From positions 1-34,405 of IMG/VR virus record IMGVR_UViG_2639762844_000002: DNA of 34,405 nt. The stretch is one strand, 5' to 3'. Source of the stretch: a virus. Taxonomy: Duplodnaviria; Heunggongvirae; Uroviricota; Caudoviricetes. Under the pieces are notes generated by a model. It was given only the letters and a program-made list of their open reading frames with translations, was not told where the DNA came from and searched no databases. Position 1 is the stretch's first letter, and the number at the start of each line of letters is the position of its first letter. A program made the position numbers and the translations under genes. This document shows, in pieces, positions 8,746 to 18,726 of the stretch.

Positions 8746-9015
8746 GTGACTAAATTTGACAAAAAAAAAGCAATTTCTATTTTAACAGAAAAAAAAGCCT
8801 TGCTCCCATGTCATCGGTGTGGAAATTCAAAGTTCATCATTTTGGATGGCATATCATCACTTCCATTAATGGAAAATATGGAAATGATTGGTAGTATTGT
8901 TGTTGGCGGAATGAATGCTCCTGTATTACATGTGGCATGTGAGAATTGTGGTGCAGTTACTTCACATTTGCTTGGGGCACTTGGTTTAATGCCGGAGATT
9001 AAATCAAATGACTAA
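8746..9015 (+). CDS. Small four-Cys zinc-ribbon protein (89 aa), cargo
   Basis: GTG start with GGAG 10 nt upstream. CHRCG ... CENCG is a two-CxxC zinc ribbon. Overlaps the downstream gene by 8 nt. Confidence 0.6.
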   Translation: MTKFDKKKAISILTEKKALLPCHRCGNSKFIILDGISSLPLMENMEMIGSIVVGGMNAPVLHVACENCGAVTSHLLGALGLMPEIKSND

Positions 9016-9478
9016 GGATGTTTTTTTCTCTGATGAAGGTAGTGGTAAAAAAAGTGCTGTCTTGCATGGGGCGCAGGTTACAATAAACCCTGATTCGCAA
9101 TTTACAAAAAAGATAATTAGGCAGACTGAGGTTGATGTTATTGTGATAAGTGATGATAAACTTCATATAATTTTGACGAATTGCTTATCTAAAATTGCAT
9201 CATTAAACCGCTGGTCAACACCTTTGGGTATTTTAATTACCTTGGCGGTAACTATGTTAACCACAAATTTTAAGAATTTTATTCTTCAGGATTCTGTGTG
9301 GGAGGCTGTTTTCTGGATGCTTATTTTTTTTAATATTATCTGGTTGGTGAAAAACATTCCATATAGACACTTATTTTTAACTGTTTGTCATTCTATAGGG
9401 GTTCGTAAAGATAAAAAAAGAATTAGTGATGTATACCACATTATAGATATAATTAAACAAGGTGATACACGCTTTTGA
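9008..9478 (+). CDS. Small membrane protein with two predicted TM helices (156 aa), cargo
   Basis: Hydrophobic segments LGILITLAVTMLTT and VFWMLIFFNIIWLV. Translationally coupled to the zinc-ribbon gene. AT-rich. Confidence 0.65.
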   Translation: MTKDVFFSDEGSGKKSAVLHGAQVTINPDSQFTKKIIRQTEVDVIVISDDKLHIILTNCLSKIASLNRWSTPLGILITLAVTMLTTNFKNFILQDSVWEAVFWMLIFFNIIWLVKNIPYRHLFLTVCHSIGVRKDKKRISDVYHIIDIIKQGDTRF

Positions 9479-9511
9479 TTTAATATCAATATTTGATTGA
9501 GTATATAATAA

Positions 9512-9534
9512 AGCCGCCTGAGTTTATGGCGGCT
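9512..9534. terminator. Hairpin terminator (agccgcc-N9-ggcggct), effective on the minus strand
   Basis: Stem-loop followed by tttattatata on the minus strand, terminating the leftward Q-P operon. Also lies just after the plus-strand small genes. Confidence 0.5.
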
Positions 9535-9554
9535 AATATAGGGTGTGTGCTAAG

Positions 9555-10574
9555 TCATAATGTGTATTTGTTGAATCTAATTATTTCTTCGCCAACCCAT
9601 TCATTAAGGGCAATAAAGCGAGATTGAATAGGAGTAAGCTCATTGCGGACAAAGACCTTTGCCACTTTCTCAATATCACCCAGCGACCCGACGTTCTCCG
9701 GCTTGCCGCCCATCAACTGAAAGGGGATGCGGTGCGCGTCCAGCAGGTCAGCGGCGCTGGCTTTTTTGATATTAAAAAAATCGTCCTTCGTTGCCACTTC
9801 ACTGAGCGGGATAATTTTAATGCCGTCGGCTTTCCCTTGCGGGGCATAGAGAAACAAATTTTTAAAGTTGTTGCGGCCTTTCGACTTCACCATGTTTTCG
9901 CGAAGCATTTCGATATCGTTGCGATCCTGCACGGCATCGGTGACGTACATGATGTATCCGGCATGTGCGCCGTTTTCGTAATACTTGCGGCGGAACAGCG
10001 TGGCCGACTCATTCAGCCAGGCAGAGTTAAGGGCGCTGAGATATTCCGGCAGGCCGTACAGCTCCTGATTAATATCGGGCTCCAGCAGGTGAAACACGGA
10101 GCCGGGCGCGAAGGCTGTCGGCTCGTTGAAGGACGGCACCCACCAGTAAACATCCTCTTCCACGCCACGACGGGTATATTTTGCCGGTGAGGTTTCCAGT
10201 CTGATGACCTTACCGGTGGTGCTGTAGCGCTTTTCCAGAAACGCATTACCGAACACCAGAAAATCCAGCACAAAGCGGCTGAAATCCTGCTGGGAAAGCC
10301 ACGGGTGCGGGATAAACGTTGAAGCCAGAATATTACGTTTGACGTAAATCGGTGAGCTGTGATGCACGGCAGCACGCAGACTTTTTGCCAGACCGGTAAA
10401 GCTGACCGGCGGCTCATACCATCTGCCGTTACTGATGCATTCGACGTAATCCAGAATGTCACGGCGGTCGAGTACCGGCACCGGCTCACCAAAGGTGAAT
10501 GCCTCCATTTTCGGGGCGCTGGCGGTCATTTTTTTTGCCGCAGGTTGCGGTATTTTCCCTTTTTTCTTGCTCAT
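9555..10574 (-). CDS. Q: Portal protein
   Basis: 339 aa; position and length as P2 Q (capsid portal). The extreme C-terminal codons are AT-rich. Confidence 0.9.
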   Translation of the reverse strand: MSKKKGKIPQPAAKKMTASAPKMEAFTFGEPVPVLDRRDILDYVECISNGRWYEPPVSFTGLAKSLRAAVHHSSPIYVKRNILASTFIPHPWLSQQDFSRFVLDFLVFGNAFLEKRYSTTGKVIRLETSPAKYTRRGVEEDVYWWVPSFNEPTAFAPGSVFHLLEPDINQELYGLPEYLSALNSAWLNESATLFRRKYYENGAHAGYIMYVTDAVQDRNDIEMLRENMVKSKGRNNFKNLFLYAPQGKADGIKIIPLSEVATKDDFFNIKKASAADLLDAHRIPFQLMGGKPENVGSLGDIEKVAKVFVRNELTPIQSRFIALNEWVGEEIIRFNKYTL

Positions 10575-12346
10575 CAGTAAAACTCCAGAATGGTGGATGT
10601 CAGCGGGGTGCTGATACCGGCGGTGAGTGGCTCATTTAACAGGGCGTGCATGGTCGCCCAGGCGAGGTCGGCGTGGCTGGCTTCCTCGCTGCGGCTGGCC
10701 TCATAGGTGGCGCTGCGTCCGCTGCTGGTCATGGTCTTGCGGATAGCCATAAACGAGCTGGTGATGTCGGTGGCGCTGACGTCATATTCCAGACAGCCAC
10801 GGCGGATAACGTCTTTTGCCTTGAGCACCATTGCGGTTTTCATTTCCGGCGTGTAGCGGATATCGCGCGCGGCGGGATAGAACGAGCGCACGAGCTGGAA
10901 CACGCCGACACCGAGGCCGGTGGCATCAATCCCGATGTATTCAACGTTATATTTTTCGGTGAGTTTGCGGATGGATTCCGCCTGGGTGGCAAAGTCCATG
11001 CCTTTCCACTGGTGACGCTCAAGTATTCTGAATTTGCCACCGGCCACCACCGGCGGTGCCAGCACCACGCATCCGGCGCTGTCGCCACGGTGTGACGGGT
11101 CGTAACCAATCCATACCGGGCGGGAGCCGAACGGATTGGCGGCAAACGGCGCATAGTCTTCCCATTCTTCCAGCGTGTCGACCATGCAGCGTTGCAGCTC
11201 CTCGAACGGGAACACCGACGCCTTGTCGTCAACAAATTCACACATGAACAGGTTTTTAAAATCGTCGGCGCTGTTTTCACGTTTGAGCTGCTCAATGTCG
11301 AACAGCGTGCAGCCACCTTTCAGGGCGTCCTCAATGGTGACAATCTGCCGCCACTGGCCGTCCGCACAGAGAAGCCCACCGGCAAGGGCGTTATGACTGA
11401 CGTCGATTTCCACGCGTTCGGCGGCGCTGGCGCGTCCCCGGTTGAACAGTTCACCTGACCAGAACGGGTAGGCGTCGTGCGCCAGCGTGGACGGGGTGGA
11501 GAAATAGGTCGAACGCAGGTGACTCTGTGAGGCCATACCTGATGCCACCTTACGCAGTACCTGAAAATTCGGGATCCAGAAAATCTCGTCGACGTACAGG
11601 TCGCCGTTATGGCTCTGTGCGGTGTTGGAGTTGGTGCCGAGAAAAATTAGTTTTGCGCCGTTATTGCCCAGGACAATCGGGTCACCGGTCAGGTCAACGT
11701 CAACCAGACGGGCAAAGGCGATGATGTATTCGCGGAACACATACGCCTGCGTTTTACTGGCCGACAGAAAAATCTGGTTATGACCGGTTTTCAGGGCGCG
11801 CAGCAGCGCCTCGCGGGAAAAATAAAACGTCGCGCCAATCTGGCGGGATTTCAGGATATCGCGGATGCGGTGCTCAAGCCCGGCGCGATACCAGTGCAAC
11901 TGATATTCGAAAGACTGCTCAAAGAAAATCTGCTCCAGCTTTTCGATGGCCTCGTCACTGAAAAAATTCTTTTTCGGTTTGCGACGCCCGCCTTTGTTGC
12001 GGTTAGCGACGTTCGGATTAAGGTCTGCCTCGTTGCCGGTCTGACTGTAGCGGTTGACCCGCGCCAGTCGTTCAATCTGGCGTCCCAGCAGGTCAATTTC
12101 CTTGAAGTCACCGCCGGTTTTCTGCGGTTTGATGATGAGCTGGGTCAGTCGCGCTTCCAGACTCATTTCGACACGGCTGATGGGGGCAACGCTGTCCCAG
12201 CCGTCGCGCTGTTTCCAGCTCTGCACCGTCGGGCGTTTCATCTGCAACATGGCGGCAATCTGCGGCACGGAAAATCCCTGCCAGTACAGCAGCGCCGCCT
12301 GACGACGCGGGTCGTGTAAAAGAGTGGTGTCTGTGGTGATGGTCAT
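10574..12346 (-). CDS. P: Terminase large subunit (ATPase)
   Basis: 590 aa from the ATG at 12346 (RBS ggcgagg), equal to P2 P length. The track ORF extends to a TTG at 12376. Confidence 0.9.
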   Translation of the reverse strand: MTITTDTTLLHDPRRQAALLYWQGFSVPQIAAMLQMKRPTVQSWKQRDGWDSVAPISRVEMSLEARLTQLIIKPQKTGGDFKEIDLLGRQIERLARVNRYSQTGNEADLNPNVANRNKGGRRKPKKNFFSDEAIEKLEQIFFEQSFEYQLHWYRAGLEHRIRDILKSRQIGATFYFSREALLRALKTGHNQIFLSASKTQAYVFREYIIAFARLVDVDLTGDPIVLGNNGAKLIFLGTNSNTAQSHNGDLYVDEIFWIPNFQVLRKVASGMASQSHLRSTYFSTPSTLAHDAYPFWSGELFNRGRASAAERVEIDVSHNALAGGLLCADGQWRQIVTIEDALKGGCTLFDIEQLKRENSADDFKNLFMCEFVDDKASVFPFEELQRCMVDTLEEWEDYAPFAANPFGSRPVWIGYDPSHRGDSAGCVVLAPPVVAGGKFRILERHQWKGMDFATQAESIRKLTEKYNVEYIGIDATGLGVGVFQLVRSFYPAARDIRYTPEMKTAMVLKAKDVIRRGCLEYDVSATDITSSFMAIRKTMTSSGRSATYEASRSEEASHADLAWATMHALLNEPLTAGISTPLTSTILEFY

Positions 12347-12519
12347 GAATACCTCGCCGTGATGAATACACGGCAAGGCTACTGAGTCGCGCCCCGCGAT
12401 TCGCTAAGGTGCTGTTGTGTCAGTGATAAGCCATCCGGGACTGATGGCGGAGGATGCGCATCGTCGGGAAACTGATGCCGACATGTGACTCCTCTAATCA
12501 CTATTCAGGACTCCTGACA
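12347..12519. promoter_or_regulatory. Divergent late promoter region (PP / PO)
   Basis: Intergenic region between the divergent P and O genes, as in P2 where Ogr-dependent late promoters lie. I could not pin down a specific motif. Confidence 0.4.
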
Positions 12520-13374
12520 ATGGCAAAAAAAGTCTCAAAATTCTTTCGTATCGGCGTTGAGGGTGACACCTGTGACGGGCGTGTCATCAGTGCGCAGGAT
12601 ATTCAGGAAATGGCCGAAACCTTTGACCCGCGTGTCTATGGTTGCCGCATTAACCTGGAACATCTGCGCGGCATCCTGCCTGACGGCATTTTTAAACGTT
12701 ATGGCGATGTGGCCGAACTGAAGGCCGAAAAAATTGACGATGATTCGGCGCTGAAAGGCAAATGGGCGCTGTTTGCGAAAATCACCCCGACCGATGACCT
12801 TATCGCGATGAACAAGGCTGCGCAGAAGGTCTACACCTCAATGGAAATTCAGCCGAACTTTGCCAACACCGGCAAATGTTATCTGGTGGGGCTGGCCGTC
12901 ACCGATGACCCGGCAAGCCTCGGCACGGAATACCTGGAATTCTGCCGCACGGCAAAACACAACCCCCTGAACCGCTTCAAATTAAGCCCTGAAAACCTGA
13001 TTTCAGTGGCAACGCCTGTTGAGCTGGAATTTGAAGACCTGCCTGAAACCGTGTTCACCGCCCTGACCGAAAAGGTGAAATCCATTTTTGGCCGCAAACA
13101 GGCCAGCGATGACGCCCGTCTGAATGACGTGCATGAAGCGGTGACCGCTGTTGCTGAACATGTGCAGGAAAAACTGAGCGCCACTGAGCAGCGCCTCGCT
13201 GAGGTGGAAACCGCCTTTTCCGCACTTAAGCAGGAGGTGACTGACAAGGTGGATGAAACCAGCCAGGCATTCACCCGCCTGAAAAACAGCCTCGACCACA
13301 CCGAAAGTCTGACCCAGCAGCGCCGCAGCAAGGCCACCGGTGGTGGCGGTGACGCCCTGATGACGAACTGCTGA
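12520..13374 (+). CDS. O: Capsid scaffolding protein
   Basis: 284 aa from the ATG at 12520; coiled-coil-rich C-terminus. Confidence 0.9.
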   Translation: MAKKVSKFFRIGVEGDTCDGRVISAQDIQEMAETFDPRVYGCRINLEHLRGILPDGIFKRYGDVAELKAEKIDDDSALKGKWALFAKITPTDDLIAMNKAAQKVYTSMEIQPNFANTGKCYLVGLAVTDDPASLGTEYLEFCRTAKHNPLNRFKLSPENLISVATPVELEFEDLPETVFTALTEKVKSIFGRKQASDDARLNDVHEAVTAVAEHVQEKLSATEQRLAEVETAFSALKQEVTDKVDETSQAFTRLKNSLDHTESLTQQRRSKATGGGGDALMTNC

Positions 13375-13432
13375 CCGGCGTCAGTCAGTCCGGGAAAACC
13401 TTCACGATTAACCCTTAATTTCAGGAAAAACT

Positions 13433-14506
13433 ATGCGCCAGGAAACCCGCTTTAAATTTAATGCCTACCTGTCCCGTGTTGCCGAACTGAACGGCATCGA
13501 CGCCGGTGATGTGTCGAAAAAATTCACCGTTGAACCGTCGGTCACCCAGACCCTGATGAACACCATGCAGGAGTCCTCTGACTTTCTGACCCGCATCAAC
13601 ATTGTGCCGGTCAGCGAAATGAAAGGGGAAAAAATTGGTATTGGTGTCACCGGCTCCATTGCCAGCACCACCGACACCGCCGGTGGCACCGAGCGTCAGC
13701 CGAAGGACTTCTCGAAGCTGGCGTCCAACAAGTACGAATGCGACCAGGTTAACTTCGATTTTTATATCCGCTACAAAACGCTGGACCTGTGGGCGCGTTA
13801 TCAGGATTTCCAGCTCCGTATCCGTAACGCCATTATCAAACGCCAGTCCCTTGATTTCATCATGGCCGGTTTTAACGGGGTGAAGCGTGCCGAAACCTCT
13901 GACCGCAACAGTAATCCGATGCTGCAGGATGTGGCGGTCGGCTGGCTGCAGAAATACCGCAATGAAGCACCGGCGCGCGTGATGAGCAAGGTCACTGACG
14001 AGGAAGGTCACACGACCTCTGAGGTCATCCGCGTGGGTAAGGGCGGTGATTATGCCAGCCTTGATGCACTGGTGATGGATGCGACCAACAACCTGATCGA
14101 ACCGTGGTATCAGGAAGACCCTGACCTTGTGGTGATAGTGGGACGTCAGTTACTGGCGGACAAGTATTTCCCCATCGTTAACAAGGAGCAGGACAACAGC
14201 GAAATGCTGGCCGCTGACGTCATCATCAGCCAGAAACGCATCGGTAACCTGCCGGCGGTACGCGTCCCGTACTTCCCGGCGGATGCGATGCTCATCACGA
14301 AGCTGGAAAACCTGTCCATCTACTACATGGATGACAGCCATCGCCGCGTGATTGAGGAAAACCCGAAACTCGACCGCGTGGAGAACTACGAGTCAATGAA
14401 CATTGATTACGTGGTGGAAGACTACGCCGCCGGTTGTCTGGTGGAAAAAATTAAGGTCGGTGATTTCTCCACACCGGCTAAAGCGACCGCAGAGCCGGGA
14501 GCGTAA
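13433..14506 (+). CDS. N: Major capsid protein
   Basis: 357 aa; length and position as P2 N. Confidence 0.92.
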   Translation: MRQETRFKFNAYLSRVAELNGIDAGDVSKKFTVEPSVTQTLMNTMQESSDFLTRINIVPVSEMKGEKIGIGVTGSIASTTDTAGGTERQPKDFSKLASNKYECDQVNFDFYIRYKTLDLWARYQDFQLRIRNAIIKRQSLDFIMAGFNGVKRAETSDRNSNPMLQDVAVGWLQKYRNEAPARVMSKVTDEEGHTTSEVIRVGKGGDYASLDALVMDATNNLIEPWYQEDPDLVVIVGRQLLADKYFPIVNKEQDNSEMLAADVIISQKRIGNLPAVRVPYFPADAMLITKLENLSIYYMDDSHRRVIEENPKLDRVENYESMNIDYVVEDYAAGCLVEKIKVGDFSTPAKATAEPGA

Positions 14507-14509
14507 CCG

Positions 14510-15253
14510 ATGACGAGTCCCGCACAGCGCCACATGATGCGGGTCTCGGCAGCGATGACCGCGCAGCGGGAAGCCGCCCCGCTGCGACATGCAACTGTCT
14601 ATGAGCAGATGCTGGTCAAGCTGGCCGCAGACCAGCGCACACTGAAAGCGATTTATTCAAAAGAGCTGAAGGCCGCGAAAAAGCGCGAACTGCTGCCGTT
14701 CTGGTTGCCGTGGGTGAACGGCGTGCTGGAGCAGGGCAAAGGTGCACAGGATGACATTCTGATGACGGTCATGCTGTGGCGTCTGGATACCGGCGATATT
14801 GCCGGTGCGCTGGAGATTGCCCGTTATGCCCTGAAGTACGGTCTGACCATGCCGGGTAAACACCGCCGTACCCCGCCGTACATGTTCACCGAGGAGGTGG
14901 CGCTTGCGGCCATGCGCGCTCACGCTGCCGGTGAGTCTGTGGATACCCGCCTGCTGACGGACACCCTTGAACTGACCGCCACGGCTGACATGCCTGATGA
15001 AGTGCGCGCAAAGCTGCACAAAATCACCGGTCTGTTTCTGCGTGACGCTGGTGATGCCGCAGGGGCGCTGGCGCACCTGCAACGCGCGACACAGCTCGAC
15101 TGTCAGGCAGGCGTCAAAAAAGAGATTGAGCGACTGGAGCGGGAGCTGAAACCGAAGCCGGAGCCGCAGCCAAAAGCGGCCACCCGCGCCCCGCGTAAGA
15201 CCCGGAGCGTGACACCGGCAAAACGTGGACGCCCGAAAAAGAAAGCCAGTTAA
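14510..15253 (+). CDS. M: Terminase small (endonuclease) subunit
   Basis: 247 aa, basic C-terminal tail. Position as P2 M. Confidence 0.9.
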   Translation: MTSPAQRHMMRVSAAMTAQREAAPLRHATVYEQMLVKLAADQRTLKAIYSKELKAAKKRELLPFWLPWVNGVLEQGKGAQDDILMTVMLWRLDTGDIAGALEIARYALKYGLTMPGKHRRTPPYMFTEEVALAAMRAHAAGESVDTRLLTDTLELTATADMPDEVRAKLHKITGLFLRDAGDAAGALAHLQRATQLDCQAGVKKEIERLERELKPKPEPQPKAATRAPRKTRSVTPAKRGRPKKKAS

Positions 15254-15352
15254 CAACCGAATGCGCCCCGCGCCAGGGCGGCACGCCGGTCAGTGTGGGT
15301 GAATCACCTGACACTGTACCGGCGTCCACCGCCCGACTTTTCAGAGGTAGTC

Positions 15353-15862
15353 ATGATGACGCTGATTATTCCGCGAAAGGAGGCTCCCGTATCCGGTGAG
15401 GGTACGGTGGTCATCCCGCAACCGGCAGGCGACGAGCCGGTGATTAAAAACACGTTCTTTTTTCCCGATATCGACCCGAAGCGCGTCCGGGAACGTATGC
15501 GCCTTGAGCAGACCGTCGCCCCTGCCCGTCTGCGTGAGGCCATCAAGTCAGGCATGGCTGAAACGAATGCGGAGCTGTACGAGTACCGCGAACAGAAAAT
15601 TGCCGCCGGTTTTACGCGTCTGGCTGACGTCCCGGCGGACGATATCGACGGTGAAAGCATCAAAGTTTTTTACTACGAGCGTGCCGTGTGTGCGATGGCG
15701 ACCGCATCGCTTTATGAGCGTTATCGCGGCGTGGATGCCAGTGCGAAAGGTGACAAGAAGGCTGACAGCATTGACAGCACCATTGATGAGCTGTGGCGGG
15801 ATATGCGCTGGGCGGTGGCGCGTATCCAGGACAAGCCGCGCTGCATCGTGAGTCAAATCTGA
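15353..15862 (+). CDS. L: Head completion protein
   Basis: 169 aa from the ATG at 15353 (RBS gagg). Confidence 0.88.
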   Translation: MMTLIIPRKEAPVSGEGTVVIPQPAGDEPVIKNTFFFPDIDPKRVRERMRLEQTVAPARLREAIKSGMAETNAELYEYREQKIAAGFTRLADVPADDIDGESIKVFYYERAVCAMATASLYERYRGVDASAKGDKKADSIDSTIDELWRDMRWAVARIQDKPRCIVSQI

Positions 15863-16065
15863 TGAAGACCTTTGCGCTACAGGGCGACACGCTCGACGCC
15901 ATTTGTGTCCGGTATTACGGGCGCACTGAGGGCGTGGTCGAGGCTGTGCTCGCCGCAAATCCGGGACTGGCTGAACTGGGCGCGGTGCTGCCACACGGCA
16001 CCGCCGTCGAGCTGCCCGACGTTCAGACCGCGCCCGTGGCTGAAACTGTCAATCTGTGGGAGTAA
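15862..16065 (+). CDS. X: Tail protein X (LysM-like)
   Basis: 67 aa from the ATG overlapping the L stop. Confidence 0.85.
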   Translation: MKTFALQGDTLDAICVRYYGRTEGVVEAVLAANPGLAELGAVLPHGTAVELPDVQTAPVAETVNLWE

Positions 16066-16068
16066 CGC

Positions 16069-16350
16069 ATGACAGCAGAAGAAAAAAGCGTCCTGTCGCT
16101 TTTCATGATTGGGGTGCTGATTGTTGTCGGCAAGGTGCTTGCCGGTGGTGAACCCATCACCCCGCGTCTGTTTATCGGGCGCATGTTGCTCGGTGGTTTT
16201 GTCTCGATGGTTGCCGGTGTTGTTCTGGTTCAGTTTCCTGACCTGTCACTGCCTGCGGTGTGCGGCATCGGCTCCATGCTGGGTATCGCCGGTTATCAGG
16301 TGATTGAGATTGCCATTCAGCGCCGCTTTAAGGGCAGGGGGAAACCGTAA
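16069..16350 (+). CDS. Y: Holin
   Basis: 93 aa with hydrophobic TM segments and a charged C-terminus. First gene of the lysis cassette. Confidence 0.88.
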   Translation: MTAEEKSVLSLFMIGVLIVVGKVLAGGEPITPRLFIGRMLLGGFVSMVAGVVLVQFPDLSLPAVCGIGSMLGIAGYQVIEIAIQRRFKGRGKP

Positions 16351-16847
16351 TGCCGGTAATTAACACGCATCAGAATATCGCCGCCTTTCTCGACATGCTG
16401 GCCGTGTCCGAAGGGACGGTGAACCATCCGCTGACGAAAAACCGGGGCTATGACGTGATAGTCACCGGACTGGACGGAAAGCCGGAAATTTTCACCGACT
16501 ACAGTGACCACCCGTTCGCGCATGGCCGACCGGCGAAGGTGTTTAACCGTCGCGGTGAAAAATCAACGGCCTCCGGTCGCTATCAGCAGCTTTACCTGTT
16601 CTGGCCGCATTACCGCAAACAGCTTGCCCTGCCGGATTTCAGTCCGTTGTCACAGGACAGGCTCGCCATTCAGTTGATCCGCGAACGCGGTGCACTGGAT
16701 GACATCCGGGCGGGACGCATTGAGCGCGCCATTTCACGCTGTCGCAATATCTGGGCGTCCCTGCCGGGTGCCGGTTACGGTCAGCGTGAGCATTCACTGG
16801 AAAAACTGGTCACCGTCTGGCGTACCGCTGGCGGCGTACCGGCTTAA
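16350..16847 (+). CDS. K: Endolysin (lysozyme)
   Basis: 165 aa; position and length as P2 K. Confidence 0.9.
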   Translation: MPVINTHQNIAAFLDMLAVSEGTVNHPLTKNRGYDVIVTGLDGKPEIFTDYSDHPFAHGRPAKVFNRRGEKSTASGRYQQLYLFWPHYRKQLALPDFSPLSQDRLAIQLIRERGALDDIRAGRIERAISRCRNIWASLPGAGYGQREHSLEKLVTVWRTAGGVPA

Positions 16848-16861
16848 ACGGAGTCAACACC

Positions 16862-17287
16862 ATGAAGAAATTATCCCTTTCACTGATGCTGAACGTGTCG
16901 CTGGCGCTGATGCTGGCACTGTCCCTGATTTACCCGCAGAGCGTGGCCGTCAGTTTTGTTGCCACCTGGGCGATTCTGGCGACGGTTATCTGTGTGGTTG
17001 CCGGTGGTGTCGGTGTGTATGCCACTGAGTATGTACTGGAACGCTACGGACGGGAGCTGCCGCCGGAATCGCTGGCCGTGAAGATTGTCACGTCGCTGTT
17101 TTTGCAGCCGGTGCCGTGGTGCAGACGGGTGGCGGCTCTGGTGGTGATGGTGGTGACGTTTATCTCGCTGGTCGCTGCCGGGTGGATTTTTACTGCGCTG
17201 ATTTATCTTGTGGCGTCGCTGTTTTTCCGGCTGATACGTACGGCCTGCCGTCAGCGTTTTGAGGGGCGGGAACCATGTCAAAGCTGA
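16862..17287 (+). CDS. lysA: Lysis regulatory membrane protein LysA
   Basis: 141 aa, multiple TM helices. Confidence 0.85.
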   Translation: MKKLSLSLMLNVSLALMLALSLIYPQSVAVSFVATWAILATVICVVAGGVGVYATEYVLERYGRELPPESLAVKIVTSLFLQPVPWCRRVAALVVMVVTFISLVAAGWIFTALIYLVASLFFRLIRTACRQRFEGREPCQS

Positions 17288-17700
17288 TGACTGTGCTGGT
17301 TGTGTTGTTATCACTGGCGGTGGCCGGTCTGTTTCTGGTGAAACATAAAAATGCCAGCCTGCGCGCCTCGCTGGACAGGGCGAACAACGTCGCCAGTGAA
17401 CAGCAGACGACTATCACCATGCTGAAAAATCAGCTTCATGTTGCGCTCACCAGGGCAGACAAAAACGAGCTGGCGCAGGTGGCTCTGCGTCAGGAACTGG
17501 AGAACGCCGCGAAGCGTGAAGCACAGCGCGAGAAAACCATCACGAGATTACTCAATGAAAACGAAGATTTTCGCCGCTGGTACGGTGCTGACCTGCCTGA
17601 TGCTGTGCGCCGGTTGCACCAGCGCCCCGCCTGCACTGACGCCAGTGATTGTCGCCAACGCCTGCCCGAAAGTGAGTCTTTGCCCGATGCCGGGCAGTGA
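17275..17700 (+). CDS. lysB: Rz-like spanin (inner membrane subunit) LysB
   Basis: 141 aa, N-terminal TM helix then coiled coil. Confidence 0.85.
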   Translation: MSKLMTVLVVLLSLAVAGLFLVKHKNASLRASLDRANNVASEQQTTITMLKNQLHVALTRADKNELAQVALRQELENAAKREAQREKTITRLLNENEDFRRWYGADLPDAVRRLHQRPACTDASDCRQRLPESESLPDAGQ

Positions 17701-17845
17701 CCCGGAGACGAACGGCGATTTAAGTGCCGATATCCGGCAGCTTGAGAACGCGCTGGCACGCTGTGCCAGCCAGGTAAAAATGATTAAACACTGTCAGGAC
17801 GAAAACGATGCTCAAACCCGACAGCCTGCGCAGGGCACTGACTGA
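17555..17845 (+). CDS. lysC: Rz1-like outer-membrane lipoprotein spanin LysC, overlapping lysB in another frame
   Basis: 96 aa from the ATG at 17555. Signal peptide ending LMLCAGC. Proline-rich. Confidence 0.8.
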   Translation: MKTKIFAAGTVLTCLMLCAGCTSAPPALTPVIVANACPKVSLCPMPGSDPETNGDLSADIRQLENALARCASQVKMIKHCQDENDAQTRQPAQGTD

Positions 17846-18275
17846 TGCCGTCACGGTGCTGAAAACCAGCCCCGAGATGCTGCGGATATTCGTGGATAAC
17901 GGGAGTATTGCCTCCACACTGGCGACGTCGCTGTCATTCGAAAAGCGTTACACGCTCAATGTCATTGTGACCGACTTTACCGGTGATTTTGACCTGCTCA
18001 TCGTGCCGGTGCTGGCGTGGCTGCGGGAAAATCAGCCCGACATCATGACCACCGACGAAGGCCAGAAAAAGGGCTTCACGTTTTATGCGGACATCAACAA
18101 TGACAGCAGCTTTGATATCAGCATCAGCCTGATGCTGACCGAGCGCACGCTGGTCAGTGAGGTGGACGGCGCACTGCATGTGAAGAATATCCCGGAACCT
18201 CCGCCGCCGGAGCCGGTCACCCGCCCGGTGGAGCTTTATATCAATGGCGAACTGGTGAGCAAGTGGGATGAATGA
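17808..18275 (+). CDS. R: Tail completion protein R
   Basis: 155 aa; position as P2 R. Confidence 0.88.
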   Translation: MLKPDSLRRALTDAVTVLKTSPEMLRIFVDNGSIASTLATSLSFEKRYTLNVIVTDFTGDFDLLIVPVLAWLRENQPDIMTTDEGQKKGFTFYADINNDSSFDISISLMLTERTLVSEVDGALHVKNIPEPPPPEPVTRPVELYINGELVSKWDE

Positions 18276-18726
18276 GTTTAAGCGTTTTGAAGACCGGCTG
18301 ACCGGACTTATTGAATCGCTGTCACCGTCAGGGCGTCGGCGACTGGCGGTAGATATTGCGAAGAAACTGCGCCAGCGCCAGCAGCAGCGAATTAAATTAC
18401 AAAAAGCCCCGGATGGTACGCCGTATATACCGAGAAAAAACCAGCCAGTGCGAAATAAGAAAGGCCGGATAAAGCGGGAAATGTTTGCGAAATTACGCAC
18501 AAACCGATTTATGAAAGCAACAGGTAGCGAGAGTGCGGCTGTGGTGGAGTTTGCCAGCGGAGTACAACGAATTGCGAGAGTACATCAATTAGGGCTTAGG
18601 GATAAGCCGGGGCGTAATAGTGCTGTGGTGGAATATCCTGTTCGTGAGTTATTAGGTTTTGACAAGGAATCTATACAATTGATAGAAAAGGAGTTATTAG
18701 TGATTCTATCGAAAGATGTTATATGA
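18268..18726 (+). CDS. S: Tail completion protein S (3' end recoded AT-rich)
   Basis: 152 aa. The N-terminal two thirds are GC-typical; composition turns AT-rich from about 18590. Confidence 0.85.
   Translation: MNEFKRFEDRLTGLIESLSPSGRRRLAVDIAKKLRQRQQQRIKLQKAPDGTPYIPRKNQPVRNKKGRIKREMFAKLRTNRFMKATGSESAAVVEFASGVQRIARVHQLGLRDKPGRNSAVVEYPVRELLGFDKESIQLIEKELLVILSKDVI

Noticed and set aside
10646-12371. Multiple 60-180-aa ORFs on both strands inside the terminase gene P (for example 10646..11095, 10840..11316, 11780..12319)
   Set aside because: Embedded in or antisense to a well-supported 590-aa gene in GC-rich DNA, where spurious open frames are common.
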